Virus record (IMG/VR): IMGVR_UViG_3300006754_000028
Location: 1 to 50,740 of that record
Direction: 5' to 3' (one strand)
DNA from: a virus
Lineage: Duplodnaviria; Caudoviricetes
DNA: 50,740 nucleotides
Of the stretch, positions 18,048 to 28,330 are shown in pieces. Numbering within the stretch: the stretch's first letter is position 1; each line of letters opens with the position of its first letter. The notes beneath the pieces were generated by a model that saw only the letters and a program-made list of their open reading frames with translations, ran no database searches and was not told where the DNA came from. The translations under genes were made by a program, and so were the position numbers.

Positions 18048-18692
18048 CTATGCTCCTGTTGGTGTGGCTGAGTAAAAAGCCAGCAGTTGTTTTTCTAGGT
18101 CAGCGGGTAATTTCCTGGTAGCCTGCCCCGCCGCTATGTCTGCCGAAAGAGGCTCGGGAGTGTGTACGCCCAGTGCCTTCTCACGACGCGTCCTCTCCAT
18201 CTGCACCAGCCTGAGCTGATCTTGCTTCATTGCCGCCTGCCTCCTGGCGAGTTCTTTGATCCCGGCATCCCTGACAGTGGACGCCACCTGTCCTCGACCG
18301 GCAATGGCATCCTGCGTAAGCTGCCTCTGAGCCTGCTGCGCCACGCCGCTCTGCCCCGCCTGAACGTCACCGCCGCGTTGTAGCTGCGCACCCTGCTGCT
18401 CCACCGCAGACTGCACCTGTCCAGCACCAGCAGCCAAGGCTCTCTGCTCCTGCCCGTAGGTCAGTCCGCTCCTCGCATTAGCCAGTCTGGCTGCCTCCGC
18501 CAGGGTTCTTTGCTTGTAATCCCTTTCCAGTTTGCTGGGGGCGTATACCAGTGCGGGCTTTACCAAGCCCTTGGTGGCTGAACTGGCTACCTGTGCAACC
18601 TTGCCTGCTGCTTTACCTGTTAACGCTGTACCTAATAATTTAGGAGCCGTAGTAGCTGCTAACGTACCTAATGCTGCGGTTGTTCCTATCAT
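18048..18692 (-). CDS. Putative internal virion/pilot protein
   Basis: Hydrophobic G/A/T-rich N-terminus followed by Q/A-rich helices, typical of the smallest ejection protein. Confidence 0.6.
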   Translation of the reverse strand: MIGTTAALGTLAATTAPKLLGTALTGKAAGKVAQVASSATKGLVKPALVYAPSKLERDYKQRTLAEAARLANARSGLTYGQEQRALAAGAGQVQSAVEQQGAQLQRGGDVQAGQSGVAQQAQRQLTQDAIAGRGQVASTVRDAGIKELARRQAAMKQDQLRLVQMERTRREKALGVHTPEPLSADIAAGQATRKLPADLEKQLLAFYSATPTGA

Positions 18693-18696
18693 ACTG

Positions 18697-19497
18697 TCAC
18701 CTCAAAGCCATGATCCAAATGCTTCCACTTGGGGTTTTTATCTTAGATTTCCTGGGGTCGTTATTTATGATGAATGCACCAACGGTAACTATCACCTGGA
18801 GATACCCCTTGCTTACTGTAGAACTTATCATACCCGTCTTCGAAACGTACCTGAAACTCCCCTCGTCGGCAATGGGACTGTATTCATCGCTGCTATATGT
18901 AACCGTGCCGCCGACATCCGTGGCGAGCCTGTTGTGGGGAAGGGTCTGGTGCATTTGCAGGGAGGGGTTGGTTGCGGAGGTTGAACTAGCGACAGGATCC
19001 AGGTTGTTGCCTATCTGCATCTCAAGGTCGTAGAACTCGATGCGGTTCGCTGTTGTTGATCCGTCGTTATAGTCCTTGTAGTATGTGGAGTCCTGGGCGA
19101 ACATAGCCTGGTATCCGTACATGATCGCCTTGGTGTCCCACGGAATGAACACGTTGCACGACAGAGAACTGTGGATGATCCGATCATTGGATCGCAGGAT
19201 GCCGCTTGCGGTTTCAGTGCTGCTGCCGAAAACCTCTCCATAGATAAAGTCAGTCCTGTTGAAGCCGAAGTAGTAGCCCTGCGCCATCGCGCCCATCTCG
19301 ATCTGGTGAGCCTTGAGGGAGTTTCCTGTGCCGACGAAGTTGTCCGATGTCAGACCGCCGTTCAGTATCTCAAAGGTTATGGATGACAGGTTGTTCGGTG
19401 AGTCCGTGGGGCTGTACAGGCTTTCCTTGTACAGTGTCTCGGCATCTACTACGCCGCCGCTGGAAAATACGCCAGTGATGGGTGGAATGTCTGCCAT
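18697..19497 (-). CDS. Putative tail protein
   Basis: Beta-rich S/T composition; late operon. Confidence 0.55.
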   Translation of the reverse strand: MADIPPITGVFSSGGVVDAETLYKESLYSPTDSPNNLSSITFEILNGGLTSDNFVGTGNSLKAHQIEMGAMAQGYYFGFNRTDFIYGEVFGSSTETASGILRSNDRIIHSSLSCNVFIPWDTKAIMYGYQAMFAQDSTYYKDYNDGSTTANRIEFYDLEMQIGNNLDPVASSTSATNPSLQMHQTLPHNRLATDVGGTVTYSSDEYSPIADEGSFRYVSKTGMISSTVSKGYLQVIVTVGAFIINNDPRKSKIKTPSGSIWIMALR

Positions 19498-19498
19498 G

Positions 19499-20248
19499 TC
19501 AACTCCCTGGTTCCAAGATGATAAAGTTTAGATATGAACTCTCAAGTTTAACCTTCTTGTTCGATGCGCCGCCGACAAGGGTTGAATCACAGGGGCATAC
19601 GGCAGCCTTGAGCTTTATGGTGCTGTAGGTGTTCGACCCCGATGTCTCATGCATAGCCGTATAGCTCACGGCGTGATTAATGCCGCCTATCCTATTTTCA
19701 TCGGCGGAGGAGTCATTTAGATACACTATGCTCTCCTGAAGGTGGACGCCCACCAAAGCCTCCTCTATGGCGATGTTGGTAGACGACCCAGTAAGAATGC
19801 TGGTTCTTTCGATCAAGATTGCGAACCACACCATGAACTTCTCCGTTGTCACGACCTCCGCAGAGGAGGAGTCCAGGAACTTGGCGACATTGCTGCTGAA
19901 GTTGATGATCATCGGGCTGCCGTTCCTGATGGTGGTTGCACTGATGGTGGCGGTTGCGACATCATCCCAGCTTGTGATCTCCGCAAGGAGTGCTGCATGG
20001 CTTGGGTACGCCAGCCCATAGTTGCTTCCGCCGTATGAACTGACCTCCGCACTGATATTATCCTCCAGATCGTGTGTCGAGCCAGCAGCCTGAACCAGCG
20101 TTGCAGAACCAAGATGGTCAGTGTTGATGGACGACCTGCCGATGTTGGTAGGCGCGAGATCGTTGACCATGGCACGGGTCTGGTCATGCATTGTCTCTAT
20201 GCTGCCGACGGTTATCTGATCCGATGATTTTGGTGTGGTGATGCTCAT
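19499..20248 (-). CDS. Putative tail protein
   Basis: Beta-rich; coupled to neighbours. Confidence 0.55.
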   Translation of the reverse strand: MSITTPKSSDQITVGSIETMHDQTRAMVNDLAPTNIGRSSINTDHLGSATLVQAAGSTHDLEDNISAEVSSYGGSNYGLAYPSHAALLAEITSWDDVATATISATTIRNGSPMIINFSSNVAKFLDSSSAEVVTTEKFMVWFAILIERTSILTGSSTNIAIEEALVGVHLQESIVYLNDSSADENRIGGINHAVSYTAMHETSGSNTYSTIKLKAAVCPCDSTLVGGASNKKVKLESSYLNFIILEPGS

Positions 20249-21093
20249 TACGTCCTCAGAAGTTTGCCGCGGCCATACCTGGCTACTATAAGGTTGCGGT
20301 TTCCGATGCAGACATTGGTTCCCCAGGCGTCGCCGCTGGCTGACGGCACGAGTCCATTGGCAAACATCTGCTGGAACCTGGTCGGGTTACCAGAATTGTC
20401 CTTCTCCCTTTGCAGAGGGAGCAGACCCGCAACCGCCTTGACGGTGTGTACGCCAGCCGGTATCAACTGCACCACGTTGACGGAGGTCACCAGGCTGCGA
20501 CCCGCAAAACCAAGACCACGGTATGACTCCTCAAGGTTGACACCACCTGGGCCTGATCCGATGATCTGATAGCCGTCTATGTCGATGGCGGTCTGCAGCC
20601 TCAGCTTGTTGTACTTGCTGTACTTTGCGTCACCAGGTTCCGCGTCGCCGACACCAGAAACCCTGGAATAAGCGGATATGTGTCGCCTCATGTACTGGTA
20701 GCTGAAGGTGATGTGAACCAGTTCTGGAAAGCTGCTAGTCCAGGACACACTGGAACCGTCTATGTCAAAGAAGCCCCTGTTCAATGGTACGCCGAACAGG
20801 TTGGTGTCCCTTGTCATTGAACTGGTTCCGCCAGACGTGTTCGGTACGCTTAACGGGGTTGTGCTGATCAGTATAGGCTCGTTGCCGATGGTCACGTTCA
20901 TCTTCGCGACGGTCGAGGCATAGTGTACCTTGCACACCGTGTCGTCGAACTTGGTTATGTCGTCGAACTCGTCCTCACGCCACTGGTACTGCGTGGTCTC
21001 GGAGGCTATGCGGTTCGCCTCGACATAGTCCCTGGATATCTTCTCAGGATCCACCACCTCACCGTTCTTTATTCCCTTCGGAAGATATATCAC
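20248..21093 (-). CDS. Putative tail protein
   Basis: GGAGG SD with GTG start; late operon. Confidence 0.55.
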   Translation of the reverse strand: MIYLPKGIKNGEVVDPEKISRDYVEANRIASETTQYQWREDEFDDITKFDDTVCKVHYASTVAKMNVTIGNEPILISTTPLSVPNTSGGTSSMTRDTNLFGVPLNRGFFDIDGSSVSWTSSFPELVHITFSYQYMRRHISAYSRVSGVGDAEPGDAKYSKYNKLRLQTAIDIDGYQIIGSGPGGVNLEESYRGLGFAGRSLVTSVNVVQLIPAGVHTVKAVAGLLPLQREKDNSGNPTRFQQMFANGLVPSASGDAWGTNVCIGNRNLIVARYGRGKLLRT

Positions 21094-21101
21094 TGAGCCT
21101 C

Positions 21102-23318
21102 CTATGGATCATTGGTTGGGGTACGGGATCCAGCCCCAGCCAGGAACACTCCCCACACATCTATATTGTATAATGCCAAAGGCTCTGTCGTGCTTACTTT
21201 TATAGCCTGCACTGACTGGCTGGCGAGATCGATGCCCAACTTCTCGCCGAACACCCTCTGTGTCCTGTAGTTGTATGTGGAGTTTAGTGTCGCCGCGCCG
21301 AAAAAAGGAACGGCATCATCCTCTGGGTGGGAACTGGATATTGATATGGGGGATCCTACTGCGGTGTCAAGATCCCAGTCGTCATAGACGGATATGCTCG
21401 CGTTACCGTTCGAACGCTCCATCGCCGTCAACACCAACTGTGTCGCGTGGTGAGCTGAGTGCATCTTCGGGCCAGTGCCTGAAAGGGACAGCCAGCCACT
21501 CACATACTCCGATGTTCGCTCTGGTACAGGGAACTGCGGGTACATTCTGTGGTACACAAACACGTTACCCGTCAGCGTGGATACCGGAACACTCCACTGG
21601 CTAGGGACGGTGGAGTACTTGGTCACCGCAGCCATAAGGGTGGCGTTGACCTCCGGCAGGGGGAGCACAGCATCTATGACCATGTCATCCCTTATCCTCC
21701 ATCCCTGGTTCTCGTAGTCATATATGAACTGCACATTAGGCTGCAAGCTGTCATCCATCGGCAGGGCGAAGACCCCCTCCCTGTACTCGGTGTCCACCCA
21801 GGACACACCGTACCGCGACCTCTTTGTGTTGATCTTGCTCATCCTATGCCTTATCTTAGCGCCTATATCCGATACGATGCCGTTGTTGGTGAGTCTCCAG
21901 AAAGTTCCACCGCCGTACCAGACCACGCTGGAATCCGGAAGTGTCTGGACAAGGTTGGGCCCTGCGCAGCCTGCCTTCTCATGCAGAGTGCCCACCTGCC
22001 ACTCACCGTACTTTCCCGTGATGTAGTGGGTGGCGCTATCCTTGAAGACGATCAGGAAGGGCTTCTGAGCATCACTGATGTTGGCTATCACCGAAGCGGT
22101 TATGGGGCCAGTGCTTGGAAACACGTCCATCCAGTGACCCTCCATGAAGCTCTCGGGTATCGGCCCCGACGTTTCCTGCTCGCTCCACCAGACCCTGTAC
22201 GGGTAGGCATCGTTCCTCAACAGCCAGAGGGATCCTGAAAAACTTCTGATGAAGAACGAACCAAGCGGTACAGACGCCCTGTCCTTCCATTCATTCCCCA
22301 GCTCCCCGTCAGGGATGTCGTCGATGTATTCGGTTGCCTCATTGTTCGGTATCCTGTGGAGGAACCTGTACTCTCCCCTGCTTCCTGTCGGCAGGCGAAG
22401 GAGGTTGTATGTGCGTAGCAGAACCCTGGCTATGGTTCCAGGCTGGCCAATCGGTATCTGGTGGAGCCTGAACTTCTTCATCAGCCTCTCCACCGGTTCC
22501 TCAGGCCCTGCCACCTCAAACTCTATCCTAACCTTGGGGCCGTCGAGAGACCTCTCGCTGTACGCGCCGTCGGTGTTCTCGTAGAGCACCGAGTACCTGT
22601 ACTCCGACGTATCAACACCGCCAGAGACCGTCCCACCAGTCACCTGGTAAGTGGAGAAATCCGCCTCGGTGGTTCCTATCCTGCCTCGGTGACTGAACCC
22701 ACCCAGGTTGGTGTCTGTCACATCGGTTCCCGTTCTCTGAGGGCCGTCAGCCAAAGGGGAAGATGGTCTCTGGGTGTATCCGAATGGACGAATCTTATAT
22801 CCATCCCACACCCAGAGACCGCCACCGTCGCAGAAGCTGAAATATATTCTATTCCCATATATTTCCATCTGGGGTGGGTATTTAGGGGAAGATTGAGGGG
22901 AAATAGTGGTAGCTGTGTTGGAAGAATCGTAGAAGTACTGCTGCTCCAGTCCCAGGTTCGCGGTGTTCGTGGTCTGGGGGACGGTGGGTCTTGTCCAAGG
23001 AGCATACCTGAACACACCGTCGGCGGTCAGGAAGAGTATCTCTGGGCGTTCACCGTCTATCTCGTTGTACGCCATGGCAAGGACGCCAGACCTCTTGGTG
23101 TTCCCCAGGGTGTCCTCCTCGAAGGCTTTCGGTGGGAGACCTCCGTTCCATTCATACGGAATGAGCGACATGATGCGGTGCGTACTGTCAAGATAGCCAC
23201 GCTCATCGACCACCCAGTTACGGATGAGCTGCGCAGTCATTCCGTCACTGAACGGGGTCTCGCTCATGATCCGAGCCAGCCCTACTGACTGACCCCTGTA
23301 GTCCTTCCATGACGGCAT
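21102..23318 (-). CDS. Tail nozzle / tubular protein B-like (P22 gp10 / T7 gp12 class)
   Basis: 738 aa, beta-propeller-like W-rich repeats (RVWWSE, GCAGPN); follows the adaptor gene. Confidence 0.65.
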   Translation of the reverse strand: MPSWKDYRGQSVGLARIMSETPFSDGMTAQLIRNWVVDERGYLDSTHRIMSLIPYEWNGGLPPKAFEEDTLGNTKRSGVLAMAYNEIDGERPEILFLTADGVFRYAPWTRPTVPQTTNTANLGLEQQYFYDSSNTATTISPQSSPKYPPQMEIYGNRIYFSFCDGGGLWVWDGYKIRPFGYTQRPSSPLADGPQRTGTDVTDTNLGGFSHRGRIGTTEADFSTYQVTGGTVSGGVDTSEYRYSVLYENTDGAYSERSLDGPKVRIEFEVAGPEEPVERLMKKFRLHQIPIGQPGTIARVLLRTYNLLRLPTGSRGEYRFLHRIPNNEATEYIDDIPDGELGNEWKDRASVPLGSFFIRSFSGSLWLLRNDAYPYRVWWSEQETSGPIPESFMEGHWMDVFPSTGPITASVIANISDAQKPFLIVFKDSATHYITGKYGEWQVGTLHEKAGCAGPNLVQTLPDSSVVWYGGGTFWRLTNNGIVSDIGAKIRHRMSKINTKRSRYGVSWVDTEYREGVFALPMDDSLQPNVQFIYDYENQGWRIRDDMVIDAVLPLPEVNATLMAAVTKYSTVPSQWSVPVSTLTGNVFVYHRMYPQFPVPERTSEYVSGWLSLSGTGPKMHSAHHATQLVLTAMERSNGNASISVYDDWDLDTAVGSPISISSSHPEDDAVPFFGAATLNSTYNYRTQRVFGEKLGIDLASQSVQAIKVSTTEPLALYNIDVWGVFLAGAGSRTPTNDP

Positions 23319-24991
23319 TACGTTATCTCGGTTATGGTTTTGTTTCTCCGTGGAGAATACCGCGCTCCTCTGCCAGATATACCGTTGCCGAAACTGCCGA
23401 CATGGTGTCCCGCGACGTTGTATGTCTGGCGAAGCCTCTTCAGATGCACCTGGTACTCCTGGAAGTACAGTGACTTCCTGGCTGGCTCACCGTCCCTGTC
23501 ACCAACGAGATAGGACGCTGCGAGAGCGTAGAGGGCGTCATAGCAGTCCGGGGGAACCCTGGGTGTGTCTGTGTCGTACCGCAGCAGGGGAGGGCGTGCA
23601 AAGGTTCTCAGCAGCACTGGTGTCTCTTCGGTGGGCTGACGGTCGAAGCGTATGTGGAAATGACCGTTGAAAGCCTCAAGGGAGAACCTCCTGTCAACAG
23701 GATCCTCGCTACCGTTGTCGGTGACCTTGGTCTGGTGTCCCGGTATCACCTTCCATAAATAGTACACGCTGTCGGACTCAATCTCCTGGACTATTGTACT
23801 AGGGCCTGTGATGCCGGAGAACGTCGTGATCTCCTCCACAGCAATACGCTTCCTGAAAATAAACTTCTCATAGCCGAAGTGGTGGTGCGACAGCTTTGCG
23901 GGGTTCTCACCGTATCCGTAGACGTAGTCTATGTTCGGAGTCGTTATGATGATTGCGGCACTGCCCCACTTGGTCTCCACCACGGCGCTCTCCTTGGAGG
24001 GTGCAGACTGGTAGAACGGCGGCAGGTGTGTCGTGCTTATCGACTTGTACGTCAAGTCATAGAACGAACGGCGACCCCATACATGCATGACGATGTACTG
24101 GAACTTTCCAGCAGGCCCTGCATTGGTGGTGGCGGAACCGTTGGTCTCCGTGTTAAGCTCACCAGCCGAGGAATCAAAGCCCCACTTGTCCGACTTGTCT
24201 GTCGGAGGGACTGTGACCTTCGGGGCGTAGTTGGGAGATTCGAGTTGAAAGAAGTCTCCCCTGCAGTACAGCTCAGGCTTGCCGTTGGCACGGAAACCAA
24301 TAGTGGATCTGTATGTCGTAAGGTCTGCCTGCCAGGCAGAATTCGCCAAGGGATGCGGGTTGCTGTCAGGGTCAATGATCACATCGACTATCTGCTGCAC
24401 CGAGGCGGGGTACGGGTACTCGGCTGTGAAGATCCTGTAGTCGTACCCCGTGCTGGTGTTGGCGGTGATGTCCAGCGGATGATCCAGCACAAGGTACTGG
24501 TTGTAGGTGGTGTAGGTGGTCGTCGTACCGTCGGCGTTCGTCAGTGTGGTCGAACTGATCCTCACCGAATTGTACACGTCCTGAATTCTTCTGTAGTAGT
24601 ATGTGCCGTCCACCAGTATTTCAACTGTCCTTCCCTTCAACGTGCCGTCTGTCGGCCACAGGGTGTCGGAGGCGTAGTCCGCAGTGGTGGAGGCTGTTAC
24701 ATACACGGGATACTGGTAGAGCACCCTGTTGTCAGTGGAACCGTCGAACAGCACGGTTGAAGTCCTGGTGTTAGCCACCGTCGCGCCTGGGTTCCTGAAC
24801 CCTGTCGATGTCGGCTTCTCCAACATGAATCTCATCTCTTGAGACAACAGGGCTTTTGGCATTTCAGACCACATCTGTCTGAGTGCCATATTGATAATTG
24901 TATTAAGGCGAGTATCGCCTGAGTCTCCCCTATCGGGAAGACCCAGACGAACTCTCAACTCATTGCGAATATCCGCAAGAGTTCCGAACAT
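23318..24991 (-). CDS. Head-tail adaptor / tubular protein A-like, with insertions
   Basis: N-terminal TLADIRNELRVRLG...LNTIINMAL and C-terminal P..DTDTPRVP..CYDALYALAA helices typical of podovirus adaptors. Confidence 0.6.
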   Translation of the reverse strand: MFGTLADIRNELRVRLGLPDRGDSGDTRLNTIINMALRQMWSEMPKALLSQEMRFMLEKPTSTGFRNPGATVANTRTSTVLFDGSTDNRVLYQYPVYVTASTTADYASDTLWPTDGTLKGRTVEILVDGTYYYRRIQDVYNSVRISSTTLTNADGTTTTYTTYNQYLVLDHPLDITANTSTGYDYRIFTAEYPYPASVQQIVDVIIDPDSNPHPLANSAWQADLTTYRSTIGFRANGKPELYCRGDFFQLESPNYAPKVTVPPTDKSDKWGFDSSAGELNTETNGSATTNAGPAGKFQYIVMHVWGRRSFYDLTYKSISTTHLPPFYQSAPSKESAVVETKWGSAAIIITTPNIDYVYGYGENPAKLSHHHFGYEKFIFRKRIAVEEITTFSGITGPSTIVQEIESDSVYYLWKVIPGHQTKVTDNGSEDPVDRRFSLEAFNGHFHIRFDRQPTEETPVLLRTFARPPLLRYDTDTPRVPPDCYDALYALAASYLVGDRDGEPARKSLYFQEYQVHLKRLRQTYNVAGHHVGSFGNGISGRGARYSPRRNKTITEIT

Positions 24992-25482
24992 TAGATCAAA
25001 CTAATATATGCTGTGACGCTAGCACTAGATGTAGCACTCATCGAATAGCCTAAAATCTGAGAAGATAGCCCAGCAGCAATCGTCAGGTTAGTCACCATTC
25101 CAGTAGTGGAATGGGTAGCCAGCAAATCGCCCTCTGACACACCACTATTAGCAGAAACACTTTCAATAACCCCGCGACAAACACAAAATCCGTATTCGCC
25201 TGTAGCTACAGCCGCTATAGCTACGCCATAGACTTTGCCAATTTCCAGACCAGCAGCAGGTGACTTTACAGCCAACCCAGTGCTATACATCTCATTAACA
25301 TTGGCAGCAGCACAACCAAGCACATCACCAGCCGCAATAGCACCAGACGCTTTGAAACATCTGATATATCGTGTGGTTGTATTTCCACTACTATCAGTGA
25401 ACAACTCTTCATAGATTTTTCCAATGACTGCTGGTTGGTCTGCACCAGAGTACAAGGGATTTGCTTTAATTACATTACTCAT
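24991..25482 (-). CDS. Capsid cement/decoration protein
   Basis: Directly after the major capsid gene; AIAAGD...GVAIAAVATGEYG...RG...GD.L pattern of cement proteins. Confidence 0.6.
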   Translation of the reverse strand: MSNVIKANPLYSGADQPAVIGKIYEELFTDSSGNTTTRYIRCFKASGAIAAGDVLGCAAANVNEMYSTGLAVKSPAAGLEIGKVYGVAIAAVATGEYGFCVCRGVIESVSANSGVSEGDLLATHSTTGMVTNLTIAAGLSSQILGYSMSATSSASVTAYISLI

Positions 25483-25494
25483 TTCAACTCCTAA

Positions 25495-26574
25495 TTATGG
25501 CACGTCACAAGAACATGCTTGGATGAGTGGGTTATTGACGGCGAACTGAACTTCCAGGAAGACGTATGCGATATCAGCATCCATGTTCCCATGCATAGTA
25601 TGATCAGTGAACTTGGTAACGCGGAAGTCGTTGTTAGCATTGACCCAATACTGGATGCCGTTAGGGTTCAGAAGATATACGAAGTCAGCGTCACCAGTGT
25701 TACCAGCGGCAGCGATGCGGGCGTCGGTCATGAAACGGTTGGAGAAGTACTTCACACCGTTGATGACATGCACGGTCTTGTGCGCCTTGCCAGCGTCAAG
25801 GTCTTCAGGGCGGTACATCAGACCGCTCATCGTTCCGTATGTCCTGATCGCATCCCCGATGGCTACATGGTTGGTGATAGAGGTGACACCAAGAGAGATG
25901 CCCTCACTGTCATCAGCATAGCTGTCGGCGGTGATCTTCAATCTTTCAGCAACCTCCATATAATCAGTTCCAAATCCAGTGTGAGCCTCGAACTGGTTGT
26001 ACCAGTTGTCCTCGTCGTTGGTCGTATCCTCGACACGGGTGAGGTTCATGTATGTGACACCTGCCGCAGCCTGTGCAGTCGGGGTCTCAAATTGCAAGGC
26101 TCCATTTTCAAAACCACTAGAAGACAAACCAGTCTTACCACCGTTAAGTGTTCCCAGTCCAGTCAACGTCGCTACATCACCTACATAGAGCTGGCGTGAA
26201 ACACTGTTGTGGAATGACTGCAGAACGGCAGCGGTCGTGTCATTGACCCAGCGCTTTTTATCGGCATTCGACTGCATGCGATCCCTGTCGATGTGAGGCA
26301 GGATGATCGGCTTGACAACACGTGCCCAGTCGCCGTAAGCGAAATCGAAGGTCTCTTTCTTGGCGAGTGGAATCTCAAGATTGGTTCCGTCAAGCTGGGT
26401 GATGTCTGAGTGACCGCTTTTGATACGCGGTATGCGGACGTTGGTTCCACCTGATCGAACGACTCTGTTCTTGGAGCGCAGGGCTTCAAGAAGCGGATCC
26501 TTCGAGTAGAAAGAAGGTATCGACTTCTTTACAACATCAGGTACGGTAAAGTTGGCATATTCTAGTAAGCCCAT
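25495..26574 (-). CDS. Major capsid protein (HK97 fold)
   Basis: 359 aa after the scaffold; SGGTNVRIP, LYVGD...GL and YLLNP motifs; AAGGA SD. Confidence 0.75.
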   Translation of the reverse strand: MGLLEYANFTVPDVVKKSIPSFYSKDPLLEALRSKNRVVRSGGTNVRIPRIKSGHSDITQLDGTNLEIPLAKKETFDFAYGDWARVVKPIILPHIDRDRMQSNADKKRWVNDTTAAVLQSFHNSVSRQLYVGDVATLTGLGTLNGGKTGLSSSGFENGALQFETPTAQAAAGVTYMNLTRVEDTTNDEDNWYNQFEAHTGFGTDYMEVAERLKITADSYADDSEGISLGVTSITNHVAIGDAIRTYGTMSGLMYRPEDLDAGKAHKTVHVINGVKYFSNRFMTDARIAAAGNTGDADFVYLLNPNGIQYWVNANNDFRVTKFTDHTMHGNMDADIAYVFLEVQFAVNNPLIQACSCDVP

Positions 26575-26594
26575 TTTAATTTCCTTTATTTAAA

Positions 26595-27473
26595 TTACAG
26601 ATCAAGAAGATGCTCTCCCCTCGCGAGAATGTCGTCATATGACATCTCTTGAAGGTTAAGCGTCGGCATATTTGGGGCCATTTCCCCGCCTGATACCAGA
26701 GCCTGTTTCGCCGCGTTGGGATCAGGTTTACGAACAGGAGCAACCTCCGCAACAGGCTGCTGTTGAGCCTGCTGTTTCTGACCGGGCTGGATTCCTCCTT
26801 TCCGGTACACAGTGATCTTGTATGCGTCAACCATTTTCTCATAGAGATTTTCTCCCTCGAAGCGATCATTGAACGACGGGTGCGTCAATGCCTTGTTAAA
26901 GGCACTCTTCACGTCATCGCTCTGACTCTCGTACTCAGAGTACTCCAATTCAAATAACTTGTGAGCCATCGAGACATTTTCTGTGGAAACCTGTGTGAAA
27001 GCACCATGAACCGTCTGATACTCCTGTATAATCGGCTCCAGATTGCCTCTCGCTGCCTCGTCAAGATTGTTGATTAACGTGGAATACTGTGTGGTCATGT
27101 CCTCATAGGCAAGGCGTTCAGCCTCCAGGTTGTCCTGCATGCCCTTGACATGGCTCAGTATAGGCTCCACATAGCGCCGTGCGTCATCTGGAATCGAGGC
27201 GACATCTATGTCGTCGAAGCTCTCAAATGTAAAGGCTTCTGGCTGATCATCTATTACAGCCTCTGGCTGCGCCGCATCAAGAGCCTCCGCCTGCTGCTGC
27301 AGATCCTCTACTGCAGGATCGTCAGATGATTGGGGCTGGCTCTCCTCCGAGACCTGCGGGGATTGCTCCTCCGAGACCTCCTGCGGCTCCTCCCGGAAGG
27401 AGAGGCTCGGCTGGCTGTCCTGCTGGGGCTGCTCCTGCTGGGGCAAGTTCGATTGTTCCGTTGTTAATTCCAT
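26595..27473 (-). CDS. Capsid scaffolding protein
   Basis: Very acidic low-complexity N-terminus then coiled coil; immediately upstream of the capsid gene; GAGGAG SD. Confidence 0.65.
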   Translation of the reverse strand: MELTTEQSNLPQQEQPQQDSQPSLSFREEPQEVSEEQSPQVSEESQPQSSDDPAVEDLQQQAEALDAAQPEAVIDDQPEAFTFESFDDIDVASIPDDARRYVEPILSHVKGMQDNLEAERLAYEDMTTQYSTLINNLDEAARGNLEPIIQEYQTVHGAFTQVSTENVSMAHKLFELEYSEYESQSDDVKSAFNKALTHPSFNDRFEGENLYEKMVDAYKITVYRKGGIQPGQKQQAQQQPVAEVAPVRKPDPNAAKQALVSGGEMAPNMPTLNLQEMSYDDILARGEHLLDL

Positions 27474-27852
27474 TGATAAACTCCTCTAATTGGTCGGGTT
27501 GAGATAAGTCGTACAAGCCTGGATCAATCTGGTCGGCGATCTCCTGCATCTTGGCGATCAGCTCTGGCGTAATTTCAGAGGTAGCCGCATCCAGCATGCC
27601 TGCCTCCACCAGTTTGGCTGTGGCTGACTGCACCAGCTCAGGCGTCATTCCCATGCCGAACTCGTCCATCTCGACAGGCGGTGCGGGCGCATCCATTTGT
27701 TCCTCGACTGGTTGTTCTTCAATCTGTTCTGTTTCAGGCTGCATTTCAAACTCCTCTATTGCTGTTGATAGTTCCTGCTGTTTCTGCGAAAGCAGCGCCT
27801 CAAGTTCCGGCAGATCCATCGCCGCCATTTCATCTTCACTCGGTATCGCCAT
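27322..27852 (-). CDS. Acidic hypothetical head-module protein overlapping the scaffold gene by 152 nt
   Basis: E/Q/M-rich helical body; the G/A/P tail lies in the overlap. Confidence 0.6.
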   Translation of the reverse strand: MAIPSEDEMAAMDLPELEALLSQKQQELSTAIEEFEMQPETEQIEEQPVEEQMDAPAPPVEMDEFGMGMTPELVQSATAKLVEAGMLDAATSEITPELIAKMQEIADQIDPGLYDLSQPDQLEEFINGINNGTIELAPAGAAPAGQPAEPLLPGGAAGGLGGAIPAGLGGEPAPII

Positions 27853-28330
27853 TTTCCATAACCTCTTTCTGTTTTGTTTCTGTCATCGTCTTCCAGCGGC
27901 GGTACTGATCGTCACTCCATCCAGTGGCGGACGTGATGTCCATACGATCCACTTCCGCAGCCCACGCATCATTGCCTCCTTCAGCAAGCACCTTCTTCTG
28001 CTTTGCCGCAATGTCAAGGCTGTGCTCCCTGCCATCCTTCATCTCCTGCTCGGTGCAGACTGTCAGCTTGTTGTCCCTCTCCCACTTCTTGACATCGCGA
28101 CCGTCGCGGATCCTCATCCCCGCCTTCTTCTGCTTGTTCGTGAGGAGTTTGTCCTCAATCTCCAGCAAGTCGGCGAACACGGGGCCCACATGCCGAAACC
28201 TGAGTAGCTGCGGCAGGTAGTTGGACAGCCCTCCGCAACCGCATATCTGCGGCTTCTCCTGTTCCTCAACCTCGACGAGGTGCTCGGTGACCAGGTCGCA
28301 ACTGGTGCAGGCGTAGTAGTAGAGAGGCAT
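27836..28330 (-). CDS. FmdB-like zinc-ribbon protein
   Basis: MPLYYYACTSCD...ICGCGG N-terminal zinc ribbon. Confidence 0.7.
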   Translation of the reverse strand: MPLYYYACTSCDLVTEHLVEVEEQEKPQICGCGGLSNYLPQLLRFRHVGPVFADLLEIEDKLLTNKQKKAGMRIRDGRDVKKWERDNKLTVCTEQEMKDGREHSLDIAAKQKKVLAEGGNDAWAAEVDRMDITSATGWSDDQYRRWKTMTETKQKEVMENGDTE

